The translations under genes and the position numbers were made by a program. A stretch of 24,931 nucleotides of DNA. Source: a virus (lineage: Duplodnaviria; Caudoviricetes). How positions within the stretch are numbered: position 1 is the stretch's first letter; every line of letters begins with the position of its first letter. The notes beneath the pieces were generated by a model. It saw only the letters and a list, made by a program, of their open reading frames with translations. It made no database searches and had not been told where the DNA came from. The stretch is from positions 1-24,931 of the IMG/VR virus record IMGVR_UViG_3300017913_002419; one strand, 5' to 3'. Shown piece by piece: positions 1 to 8,271 of the stretch.

Positions 1-42
1 ACGGAAAAACATGTTTGCTGTATCTACAAGAATATAAGTCAT
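1..42 (-). CDS. N-terminus of T4 RNase H-like / 5'-3' exonuclease (partial, runs off the window)
   Basis: Read by hand from ATG at 42: MTYILVDTANMFFR, which matches the N-terminal 'ILVD.AN..FR' motif of FEN/5'-nuclease proteins; a promoter lies directly upstream. Confidence 0.75.
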   Translation of the reverse strand, partial: MTYILVDTANMFFR

Positions 43-48
43 GTTATC

Positions 49-77
49 ATAGTAAGATGTTTTGCTTTGTTTGTCAA
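49..77 (-). promoter_or_regulatory. sigma70-type promoter TTGACA-N17-TACTAT; predicted leaderless transcript
   Basis: -35 at 77-72, -10 at 54-49; the ATG at 42 follows the -10 after 6 nt, with no SD. Confidence 0.75.
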
Positions 78-742
78 GAGATTTTTTCTACTTCTTGTGC
101 AACATCTATCATATTTTCCATATCCACATTGTGTTGCAGTCGTTCCATTGGTACAACTATACTGCGTCTTTCACAGCATATATCATTTACTTCATGAATG
201 TTGCTGTTGTTGAACATGTACCATTTACCTGTTTGTAGTGTGTAGTTTCTTCGATTGCTGAGACCGCTACGTCTCCATGCAATAATGTCATCTGGCTTTT
301 GTAGCCCATCATAGAAACTGGTTGTTGGTCCGCTGGCTGAGAGCAAATAAAACATGCTACGTTTTCTGCCCCAGTCTTTGTGTGGAAGTATGCTGAACCA
401 GTCTTGATTAGGATAGCACATAACCAGTGGTTTTCCTATCTGTACTGTTACATCTTCTTCTGGATCTTCAACTTCAAATGGTAGTGCGTTTATTAGTTCT
501 TCGAGTAATTCTGCATCTAGTGTAAACTTGCACACTTCATTGATACCTAAATTTTGTCCTGGGTAAAATTCGCTGTAGGCTTGTCCTACTGCTTTGAATT
601 GTTCTGTTCCCCAACCTTGTCCTGGTCCATCCTGGTGTAAGCCACGCTGCTCACGTAGGTCAATGTATTCATTGATTCTGTTGGTTAGGCTAGGTCTCAA
701 TGGCGAGTCATATACTTCTTTTATGTCCCAATTGTCATTCAT
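74..742 (-). CDS. putative 2OG-Fe(II) oxygenase-fold protein
   Basis: HxD (PHKD), distal His (NIHEV) and downstream R-x-S (RRSI) in a beta-rich C-terminal half. Confidence 0.6.
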   Translation of the reverse strand: MNDNWDIKEVYDSPLRPSLTNRINEYIDLREQRGLHQDGPGQGWGTEQFKAVGQAYSEFYPGQNLGINEVCKFTLDAELLEELINALPFEVEDPEEDVTVQIGKPLVMCYPNQDWFSILPHKDWGRKRSMFYLLSASGPTTSFYDGLQKPDDIIAWRRSGLSNRRNYTLQTGKWYMFNNSNIHEVNDICCERRSIVVPMERLQHNVDMENMIDVAQEVEKIS

Positions 743-1251
743 GTGTTGTGTTCCTTATCAATATGTAACATCAACGCATGTAAATTAAATTCCAAGTCTG
801 CTAAAGTACCATTGTTGTCAATGGTGAAGTCGGCCATCCATTGTTCAAGGCTCATTGATGTTTTTGCTTCTGGAGGTAGATAGTCGCTGCGATCTACCCA
901 AATGCAATAATCAAACACACCAGTGTTTTTCATTGCATGGTATTCTTTTTTGTTTCGCAATCCGCAGTAGATATCATATTCTGCGAACATTTCTCTACCC
1001 AGTCTAGCAGGGTCCGGCACATTATAATCACAGATAGCTTCATACCATTCTTGTCTATGATTGTGCCTGTCAGCATAGCATTGTTCTTCGTCGGTATATC
1101 CGTACTTGTGTTTCAAGTCCGTATAGATAAACAATTTACTACAAAATCTGCTGCTGCTTTCAAATGTGTATCTGTAACTGTCTCTAAGAATTTCACAGAC
1201 AGTGTCTTTGCCATGTCTACCATGGCCAATAACCAATAGTTTGGGTTTCAC
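739..1251 (-). CDS. deoxynucleoside monophosphate kinase-like P-loop kinase
   Basis: N-terminal LVIGHGRHGKDT P-loop variant, 'GLR..E' and C-terminal 'IDNNGTL.DL', typical of phage dNMP kinases. Confidence 0.75.
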   Translation of the reverse strand: MKPKLLVIGHGRHGKDTVCEILRDSYRYTFESSSRFCSKLFIYTDLKHKYGYTDEEQCYADRHNHRQEWYEAICDYNVPDPARLGREMFAEYDIYCGLRNKKEYHAMKNTGVFDYCIWVDRSDYLPPEAKTSMSLEQWMADFTIDNNGTLADLEFNLHALMLHIDKEHNT

Positions 1252-1254
1252 GTG

Positions 1255-1533
1255 TTATCCGTTTTCTTGTTCTTGTGCAATGCTGCGACACAGATCGTTG
1301 AACCAAAGATTTACAACTTCTTCATCTGTTCTGCCACTGTATCCAGCTTCTTGCAACTGTTGTACAAATAGGCTGTTCCAATCCAATTCAAAATAGCCTT
1401 GACTTACATCGCCGTCATTGAATCCAATGTCCAATACTCTAATGTAAGGCGCATCCAGTTCTGTTGCCTTGTCTGCATCTTTTTTGCTCTTGCGTCTAGC
1501 AAAAAACAGTTTTGCTTTATCTAGTAGTTTCAT
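1255..1533 (-). CDS. conserved phage hypothetical protein
   Basis: ORF; probable start at ATG 1533 after AAGGA; 'GYFELDWN..FV..L..AGY.G.TDEEVV..WF' resembles a family seen in T4-like phages. Confidence 0.7.
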   Translation of the reverse strand: MKLLDKAKLFFARRKSKKDADKATELDAPYIRVLDIGFNDGDVSQGYFELDWNSLFVQQLQEAGYSGRTDEEVVNLWFNDLCRSIAQEQENG

Positions 1534-1681
1534 CAATGTATCCTTGTGCACCACAGTGTGGGCAGGTTTGTGTTTTTGGTTCGTAGCTATCACTGGTAGC
1601 ATAACTCCACCAATTGCTGCAACGACCGCATGTGTAATGCCAAATTATTTCTTTGCTGGCGTTGTGTTTGTACTGCAACAC
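1517..1681 (-). CDS. small zinc-ribbon protein
   Basis: CGRC...CPHC pair; probable GTG/TTG start at 1681/1678 just after the upstream stop. Confidence 0.65.
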   Translation of the reverse strand: MLQYKHNASKEIIWHYTCGRCSNWWSYATSDSYEPKTQTCPHCGAQGYIDETTR

Positions 1682-1682
1682 T

Positions 1683-2231
1683 TCAGCGTTGAACAAGCTC
1701 TCCGTTTTCCCATGTGTCAATTGCAATTACCTCCGGACGATAATGTCGATCATGCTCTAAGGCTGTCCACATTGTTTTTGTTATGCTGTTATTTACAAAT
1801 TCTACGGCTGTGTTATCAATCTCGTCTTGTTCAATGTCCGGAAACACTGTGTGCAATTGGCTCATGCGCACTGGTACATCTACAAACTTAGGTGGTATCC
1901 ATCCTGGGATTGGAATAAGATTTGTATTTGTTTGATGTAGTCTGTGCCAGTTTGCTTGTACTCTGTGCCAGTTTGCTTGTACAGTGTCCAAGTCTTTTTC
2001 GCCAAAACAGTACAACCAATCACACAAACTGTGCACAATACGCTGTCTAAAGGGTCTGTACAAACAATACACCTGAGTGTTGCGCAACTCCCATTGTTGT
2101 TCACGTGTAGTGTATCCATGTGCACGGCCCCATTCAACTACACTGCGTGTTGTGGTACCAGGAGGAAACACAATGGTTTTCCTCCCGTTGCTAAGAGTTC
2201 TGCGTTCTCGGGTATTATAACCTATTACCAA
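1683..2231 (-). CDS. hypothetical protein, weak sulfotransferase-like motifs; start uncertain (TTG 2231 or GTG 2171)
   Basis: ORF fills the gap after metK; 'PPGTTTRSV' and 'LYRPFRQRIVHS' loosely resemble PAPS-binding motifs. Confidence 0.55.
   Translation of the reverse strand: MVIGYNTRERRTLSNGRKTIVFPPGTTTRSVVEWGRAHGYTTREQQWELRNTQVYCLYRPFRQRIVHSLCDWLYCFGEKDLDTVQANWHRVQANWHRLHQTNTNLIPIPGWIPPKFVDVPVRMSQLHTVFPDIEQDEIDNTAVEFVNNSITKTMWTALEHDRHYRPEVIAIDTWENGELVQR
1941..1982. repeat. perfect 21-bp tandem duplication (tctgtgccagtttgcttgtac x2)
   Basis: Direct reading; encodes VQANWHR twice. Confidence 0.95.
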
Positions 2232-3304
2232 CCAATTTGCTCCCAAGGCACATCTTTGTTACCAAAGTGTCCATATGTACAATTGTCGCTGTATCCATAG
2301 AAGTTGAACATGTCAAATCTGTCAATGATTCCCTTAGGGGTTAGATCAATGTTATCTTCAATAAACTTTTGAATTGAACGATTGTGCCCATTGCTATCTA
2401 CATAAATGCTAGTAGGTTCTTTTACACCAATAGCGTACGATAGCTGAATTTGACACCAATCTGCCATGTTGTCTGCTACTACGTTTTTTGCCAACCATCG
2501 TGCCATGTACGCTGCCGAACGATCGACTTTTGTTGGGTCTTTTCCACTAAAGGCGCCACCACCATGGGGAGCATAGCCGCCATAAGTGTCAACGATAATT
2601 TTACGCCCGGTGACACCAGCGTCTCCATCGGGCCCACCAATAACAAAGTTACCAGTAGGATTGAGATGCCATACAGTATCTTTATCAACTAAATCTCCTA
2701 ATACATGTGTTGCAGCAGCATGTGCTATTGACTTTGCTTCATTTATTTTACCTTGTGCGTGTTGTGTACTAACAACAACTTGATCGATGCGTTTTACACG
2801 ACCGCCGTCGTATTCTACACTGACTTGACTTTTTGCATCAGGGCCAAGCACATCTTTGCGCATGGTGCTGAGTTTTTTCAACACTTCATGTGCATAGTAG
2901 ATTGGTGCAGGCATGTATGCTTCGTTATCATTACAAGCATAGCCAAACATAAGTCCTTGGTCTCCTGCACCAAAGTCGTCTGTGCCCAGTGCAATATCAG
3001 CACTTTGACTATGAATCTCATTGTAAATCTTTAAGTTTTCCCAATGAAATCCCGTTTGTTCATAACCAATCTCACGCACTTTGTTACGTACGATTGCTTC
3101 AACTTCCTCTTTGGATACATTGAAGTTTTTTACTTCGCCCGCCAACGTTACATGGTTGGTAGTTACAAGTGTTTCGATAGCGACACGTGTAGTTTGGTCA
3201 CCATTCTCAAACCCAGCATCAACTAGGGCATCTGAGATTTGGTCTGCAACCTTGTCCGGATGTCCTGCGCTAACACTTTCGCTAGTAAAAATGTAATTGT
3301 TCAT
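2225..3304 (-). CDS. metK: S-adenosylmethionine synthetase
   Basis: FTSESVSAGHPDK, GAGDQG, GRKIIVDTYGG and GGGAFSGKD signatures. Confidence 0.98.
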   Translation of the reverse strand: MNNYIFTSESVSAGHPDKVADQISDALVDAGFENGDQTTRVAIETLVTTNHVTLAGEVKNFNVSKEEVEAIVRNKVREIGYEQTGFHWENLKIYNEIHSQSADIALGTDDFGAGDQGLMFGYACNDNEAYMPAPIYYAHEVLKKLSTMRKDVLGPDAKSQVSVEYDGGRVKRIDQVVVSTQHAQGKINEAKSIAHAAATHVLGDLVDKDTVWHLNPTGNFVIGGPDGDAGVTGRKIIVDTYGGYAPHGGGAFSGKDPTKVDRSAAYMARWLAKNVVADNMADWCQIQLSYAIGVKEPTSIYVDSNGHNRSIQKFIEDNIDLTPKGIIDRFDMFNFYGYSDNCTYGHFGNKDVPWEQIGW

Positions 3305-3312
3305 ATTTTATC

Positions 3313-3660
3313 CTATTGTTTGAATGCGTCAACCAACAGTATTTTACCTTCTGGTGTAAAATGTAGTACATCAAGTACTCTGAGATTGAGCGTGTTGTCA
3401 TCGTTTGTAATTGATAACATACAGTATGCACGATTTTGCATTTCGTCAATGCTGATGTGCATGATTGCAATGTGAATTGTTGGAACATCACGCCAGATAT
3501 TAGCAGTTGCTCCAACAACACTGGTGTTTCCAGTTACTTCAACGTCCCAATCTCGCAATGTTACATCATCTGCCATAGTGCTGGCAAGAGCATCAACGTC
3601 TCGACTATTCCAGGCACTAAAGTAGGCTTTGGCAGTGCCATGCATGTAGTTTCTGTTCAT
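3313..3660 (-). CDS. SnoaL/NTF2-like domain protein
   Basis: 'YFSAWNSRDVDAL..MADDV.L.D' N-terminus and 'DVLHF..EGKI' C-terminus. Confidence 0.8.
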   Translation of the reverse strand: MNRNYMHGTAKAYFSAWNSRDVDALASTMADDVTLRDWDVEVTGNTSVVGATANIWRDVPTIHIAIMHISIDEMQNRAYCMLSITNDDNTLNLRVLDVLHFTPEGKILLVDAFKQ

Positions 3661-3743
3661 AACTGTTTCCTAATTTTTTCGTAGTGTTCTTCTGTGTGAA
3701 TGCCTTTGTTGTATTTGGAAACCTGTTCAAGTTCCCCAGGCAT
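3657..3743 (-). CDS. putative 28-aa microprotein MPGELEQVSKYNKGIHTEEHYEKIRKQL
   Basis: Fills the queE-SnoaL gap; its TGA overlaps the next ATG (ATGA 3660-3657). Confidence 0.45.
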   Translation of the reverse strand: MPGELEQVSKYNKGIHTEEHYEKIRKQL

Positions 3744-4620
3744 TTCCGAATAAGCTGATGTGGAGTCTAGGCGAGAACCTCCAGCCTCTTTCCATACAGA
3801 GGTTCGCCACCTCCTGTACCGTGATGTTGTATCCTTCGGAGCGACCGCCAAGCGGCATAAGGTATACAGGGCAATCAACACCTGCTTTGCGATATTCATC
3901 AACAGCTCTACCAACTTCATCAACGTCATCCATGTCAGCAACAACAAACTTGAGGTAAACAGAACCATTGTCGCAACGAGCGTAATCGCGCAAGACATCA
4001 GGTTTGATAGCTGTTTCCCAAGTTTCTCCTGAGACGGAAAGTTTAGGAGAACAGCTAAAAGTGAATTCAATTCTGTCCTGGTTGTTGATATACTCGAATA
4101 GATCGTCGTGAAGTAGTTGTGTAGTATTTGTTTCAATTGTGACATTTTTCAAGTCTGCCATTTTAGGATGCTCAAACAACTCAACATACAGTCGTTGCCA
4201 AGCAAGTAATGGCTCTCCTCCTGTTAGAATAAGATGAATGTCTTGACCATTATCCTGTGTCCATTTGCCTTCAGGAAGTAAACTGATCAAATGATCTACG
4301 ACTTCATCAATAGTTGCAAGTTTGTTGAAGTCTTTGAACTCCGGATAGATGCTTGCATATGTGTCACAACCTGTGTGAATAATAGGCAAGTCTTCAAACT
4401 TTTCTGTAGTTTCGTGTACACCAGCATCGATCAATGCTTTTACTTCTGGATTGTAACGATTGCCTTCTGCGTGTTGCTCCCAACGATCTTTGTCTTTAGG
4501 AAGTCCAAAGTTCATACAACGGAAGTTACAACCAAATGTACGCAAAAATACACTGGGTACTCCTACATACTTACCTTCACCTTGTACACTATAAAATGCT
4601 TCGCTGTATCGTAGTTTCAT
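3727..4620 (-). CDS. queE: 7-carboxy-7-deazaguanine synthase (radical SAM)
   Basis: E.FYSVQGEG, VFLRTFGCNFRC...CDT, LTGGEPL, IETN, SPKL, LKFVV and RLH motifs. Confidence 0.92.
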   Translation of the reverse strand: MKLRYSEAFYSVQGEGKYVGVPSVFLRTFGCNFRCMNFGLPKDKDRWEQHAEGNRYNPEVKALIDAGVHETTEKFEDLPIIHTGCDTYASIYPEFKDFNKLATIDEVVDHLISLLPEGKWTQDNGQDIHLILTGGEPLLAWQRLYVELFEHPKMADLKNVTIETNTTQLLHDDLFEYINNQDRIEFTFSCSPKLSVSGETWETAIKPDVLRDYARCDNGSVYLKFVVADMDDVDEVGRAVDEYRKAGVDCPVYLMPLGGRSEGYNITVQEVANLCMERGWRFSPRLHISLFGNAWGT

Positions 4621-5353
4621 TTAATGTCTCGTTTGTTTTCTTTACTTGTTCTAGTATACTATGATTCACATAGTTTGTCAATGCTTCTACGTCTTTTGGA
4701 AAACAGTGTCCACCATAACCCAGGTTGCTGTTCCATATACCCATATGACTAGGTCCAATGTTTTCCATAACACCCAGTGTGTTGGTTAGATGCGTATAGT
4801 CTACACCTGGAGGTAGGTTGTTGTACAATTCATGGAACCATGCTACTTTGGTTGCCAACCAAGCATTGTGTGCATACTTTACCATGCTGGCTGTTTTGCG
4901 ATTCATAAACACAGGTGCTGCTGGCAACTTGTTGAACAGCTTTGACCAATGTATAGCATCATCTATGTTGTTGTCATGATGACCAATGATCAGCATTTCT
5001 TGTGTTCTAAAGTCTTCTTCGGCATGTGCAGCACGTAAAAACTCTGGATTGTAACAAACATTTGGATCATATGCATCCAATAGATCTGCTGTTACTGTGC
5101 TTTTGATCAGTACACGATGTCTATGATCACATAATTCCAAGACTTCTTGAACGATACTATCATCGCAACTGCCATCTGGTTTGCTTGGAGTAGGTACACA
5201 GACAATAACATCTTGTGCATGCAACACAGCTTCTTGCGGATCATACCAATCAAATTTTGGATCCACTCTCAGTACAATACGATCTGTGTTTGCTTCTAGC
5301 CAATCAGCTACTGCGGTTCCTACAAAGCCACATCCAAATACTGCAACTGTCAT
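4589..5353 (-). CDS. UDP-glucose/GDP-mannose dehydrogenase family protein lacking the C-terminal domain
   Basis: GCGFVG Rossmann motif, CVPTP, IKSTV, NPEFL, KY..N..LA.KV and catalytic GYGGHCFPKD; only 254 aa. Confidence 0.88.
   Translation of the reverse strand: MTVAVFGCGFVGTAVADWLEANTDRIVLRVDPKFDWYDPQEAVLHAQDVIVCVPTPSKPDGSCDDSIVQEVLELCDHRHRVLIKSTVTADLLDAYDPNVCYNPEFLRAAHAEEDFRTQEMLIIGHHDNNIDDAIHWSKLFNKLPAAPVFMNRKTASMVKYAHNAWLATKVAWFHELYNNLPPGVDYTHLTNTLGVMENIGPSHMGIWNSNLGYGGHCFPKDVEALTNYVNHSILEQVKKTNETLNETTIQRSIL
4653..4681 (-). promoter_or_regulatory. sigma70-type promoter TTGACA-N17-TATACT upstream of queE
   Basis: -35 at 4681-4676, -10 at 4658-4653, embedded in the 3' end of the dehydrogenase gene. 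Confidence 0.7.
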
Positions 5354-6075
5354 TTTTTACTGATGCTCCAAGAACCATCTTCGTTTTCATTCCACAACAG
5401 TTCTGTACCTTCTGACCAGCCAACTTGATCTAAGCAGTCTGGCGGAAATTCAATGTACAGTTCTTTGTCTTTGCCGTTTTCTTGTACAGTAACCAACCAT
5501 TGGTTATCACTGATTTTTTTATAAGGTTCGCTCATTTTTTCTACTTTCTCGCCTTGGCGTACATCCATTACACTTAGTACACGTGTACCAAACAGTTGCT
5601 CTGAGTGCAAGTAACTCAAGTCTACCACAGTGGCAACACATTCTACACTGGCACCAGTTTGCTGGATCAATTGTTTGGTTGCCAAAACACTGCCGCCTGT
5701 TGCCACTAGATCATCTACAATAACACAGCGATCTGTGTGTCCTAGTAGGCCAGTTTGCAGTGTAAGTGTTGCACTACCGTATTCAAGATCATAACTCTGT
5801 TCTAGTAGCTCTCCTGGATACTTTGCACCTTTTTTGCGTACCATTACAAACGGAAGACCCAGCGCATATGCAACCGGGGCTCCAAATGTAAATCCTCTGC
5901 TTTCAACGCCAACAATGTGTGTGATGTTAGAATTGCGACTCACCAGTTTGGCCAGTTCATCAACCACTTGATTGAAAATAGGTCCTGCGCACAAACTGTT
6001 TAGATCGTAGAAGTTTACCCCTTCTACTGGATAGTCCGGTATTGTTCTAATGTAATCGGACAATAGCAGCATCAT
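5350..6075 (-). CDS. apt: adenine phosphoribosyltransferase with in-frame C-terminal AbrB/MazE-like domain
   Basis: IPDYP..GV.F.D, GVESRGF, RKKG, YDLEYG and VIVDDLVATGGS; last ~60 aa 'LYIEFPPDCLDQVGWSEGTELLW' look AbrB-like. Confidence 0.85.
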   Translation of the reverse strand: MMLLLSDYIRTIPDYPVEGVNFYDLNSLCAGPIFNQVVDELAKLVSRNSNITHIVGVESRGFTFGAPVAYALGLPFVMVRKKGAKYPGELLEQSYDLEYGSATLTLQTGLLGHTDRCVIVDDLVATGGSVLATKQLIQQTGASVECVATVVDLSYLHSEQLFGTRVLSVMDVRQGEKVEKMSEPYKKISDNQWLVTVQENGKDKELYIEFPPDCLDQVGWSEGTELLWNENEDGSWSISKK

Positions 6076-7076
6076 GCTCCTCCGTTTTTGTCTTCAATTT
6101 TGAAGTTGTCGATTGCACTGGCTGTACCACCTGTGTGATATCCAATGTCTTCGCTCATTTGTTCATAGTATGTTGTTAGATCAATTTCATCTACAACTTC
6201 CATCTTGCGTACATTGTATTTGGTATTGCCTTCGTTGTCAATCACATCTTTTGCTTGATACTTGCAACGAAACAGTTTGTAATCCGAGTATGCACCACAC
6301 AACACCCATTCACGCAAAATCCAATCCAACGGTGCTAGTGCAATGCCACTGTTGCGTTGTTTGCTGATTGGAATACGTTTTTCTGGATCACTGTCCTGAT
6401 ACTCTGCATCAAACACTTTGCCTACGCTGTATTTGATTGCAGGATGATAGATACCTTTGCCGTCTGCGGCAGCAAGTTTGTATCCGTAAAACCAGTCTTC
6501 AGGATCGCAATGTTCGTAGTTGATTTTGGAATCATAAAAGAAGCGTGGAATACCACGTGTCCAAGTAAACTGTACATCACGTAAACCTGCACCACGCATT
6601 TTACAGTTTTCTATAATTGCGTGTTTGATTCTGCAATCACGTAAATTCACTTTGCGCATATCACATCCAATAAACGATGCATAGTTGAAGTTGCAATCCT
6701 GCATATCCAAATGAAGCATGTTGCAGGATTCAAAATTTGCACCCTTTGCATATGTTTCAGTGAACTTCGCTTCACGAAAGTTTACGTTGATAAAATGTGC
6801 ACCGTCTGCTTGTGCTCTGTGTACGTTTGTGCCTCGCATACCGCACTTGTAAAAAACAGTGCCAGTTAGGTTAGCGCCAGTAAAATCGCTTTCGTCAAAC
6901 AACAGTTGTTCAAATCGCATGCCGCTGAGGTCAGCACCACGAAAGTCCATGTTGTCTAGTATTAGTTTATTGTCTAGTGGAACTCGGTCGTGTTGACTTT
7001 CAGGTCGTTCCATTGTTTCCATTAGTGTTCTTAGATCTTCTGTGTATCTAATTCTGCCTTGTCTGGTCTTCAGCAT
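6072..7076 (-). CDS. pentapeptide-repeat protein with C-terminal domain of unknown function
   Basis: Repeats such as MDFRG ADLSG, SDFTG ANLTG, ANFES, ASFIG; start likely ATG 7076 (TGATG overlap). Confidence 0.85.
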   Translation of the reverse strand: MLKTRQGRIRYTEDLRTLMETMERPESQHDRVPLDNKLILDNMDFRGADLSGMRFEQLLFDESDFTGANLTGTVFYKCGMRGTNVHRAQADGAHFINVNFREAKFTETYAKGANFESCNMLHLDMQDCNFNYASFIGCDMRKVNLRDCRIKHAIIENCKMRGAGLRDVQFTWTRGIPRFFYDSKINYEHCDPEDWFYGYKLAAADGKGIYHPAIKYSVGKVFDAEYQDSDPEKRIPISKQRNSGIALAPLDWILREWVLCGAYSDYKLFRCKYQAKDVIDNEGNTKYNVRKMEVVDEIDLTTYYEQMSEDIGYHTGGTASAIDNFKIEDKNGGA

Positions 7077-7720
7077 CAATAATCCCATATTTCCATGTAC
7101 ATGGCTTTGCCAATTGTGTCGCCACCATCGTTGTCCAAATACTCACCGTCATACATAACGCCATTGACAATGGTATCTCCGTTTGGCATTTCGCATATAC
7201 CAAAGTTCAGTTTTGCAATGTCAAACTCTACATCATCTTCAAGTTCAACCATGGTGTGCACAAACTCGCCTTTTTCTACACTCATACCATAGAACACAAA
7301 ACAGTGTCCTTCTTTGTCTTGATAATCATCTAAATCTAAAATGTCATCTTCTGTTTCAATATCCTGCTCAGTTACCAACTGAGTAACATCGCCTTCCCAT
7401 ACATCAGCAACATGATTTGCACCCCATTCATTGCTGTCTACCTGTGTAATGTCAATGTAAGCACTGTCATATGTAACACCAAAGCTGTGCTCGATGTCAT
7501 CCATGTCGTGCCATTCATGTTCAAACTGTGCATCTTCTGGAATCTTGTCTTCGTATTCTTCTTTGTCCAGCATGTAATCCTGGAGTGCTTCTTCGCCGTC
7601 GTCAAATCCAAGTTCTTCTAGCTTTTCATCGTCGTTCCAAAATGCATACTGTGCTGCTGTCGCTTTGCCATATACACTTTCACCGCCGTAGCCTCTCAGT
7701 GTGATATTATAGTATTTCAT
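7076..7720 (-). CDS. highly acidic hypothetical protein
   Basis: D/E-rich ORF; start at 7720 overlaps the upstream stop (ATGA). Confidence 0.75.
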   Translation of the reverse strand: MKYYNITLRGYGGESVYGKATAAQYAFWNDDEKLEELGFDDGEEALQDYMLDKEEYEDKIPEDAQFEHEWHDMDDIEHSFGVTYDSAYIDITQVDSNEWGANHVADVWEGDVTQLVTEQDIETEDDILDLDDYQDKEGHCFVFYGMSVEKGEFVHTMVELEDDVEFDIAKLNFGICEMPNGDTIVNGVMYDGEYLDNDGGDTIGKAMYMEIWDY

Positions 7721-8271
7721 TTGTCTATCTCCCATGGAAATACAACCCAGGTATCTTGTTCACTGGTATCGATTGTTTGCCAATTGTAATGTACGCCGTC
7801 AAAATCTGTGTGCACTTTTTCACACATGGTTGCAAAGCGTACATTGTTACCCCATATAAACTTTGACCATTCTACGTTATCTGGACAACATCCGCTTTGC
7901 CAATCCTGTTTGATCCATTCAAATGTAGCACCAGTGTCATTGATATCATCTACAATGAGAATGTTTTTCTTTAGACTGGGATTGCTGCGTGATTTGCTCC
8001 AAGTATCATCGCGGTCTTTGATTTCGACGTAACCAAACGCATCTTCTGCCATCCATAGATTGCTTTCAGGTCCAGTATTGCCGTCACGCAAACGTACATC
8101 AAGTGTGTACATGTTTACGTCAAGTAAATGACTGAGTCGGAGGGCCAATGGCAGCCCCCCTCTATTCAACCCAACTATATAATCAGGATGATATTTGTCT
8201 TTGTACATTTGCAGACTAATATCCACTGCTGCTTCGTGTACATCATTGTATGTGTAGTACAGTTTCTTCAT
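7717..8271 (-). CDS. type I phosphoribosyltransferase (xanthine-guanine PRT-like)
   Basis: VGLNRGGL, ILIVDDINDTGAT PRPP-binding motif and WVVFPWE C-terminus. Confidence 0.9.
   Translation of the reverse strand: MKKLYYTYNDVHEAAVDISLQMYKDKYHPDYIVGLNRGGLPLALRLSHLLDVNMYTLDVRLRDGNTGPESNLWMAEDAFGYVEIKDRDDTWSKSRSNPSLKKNILIVDDINDTGATFEWIKQDWQSGCCPDNVEWSKFIWGNNVRFATMCEKVHTDFDGVHYNWQTIDTSEQDTWVVFPWEIDK

Noticed and set aside
3657-4145. 162-aa alternative-frame ORF overlapping queE
   Set aside because: Mostly inside queE in another frame; only the last 28 codons are plausibly a real gene
3727-4620. NrdG anaerobic ribonucleotide reductase activase
   Set aside because: SVQGEG, SPKL and RLH motifs plus the folE context indicate QueE
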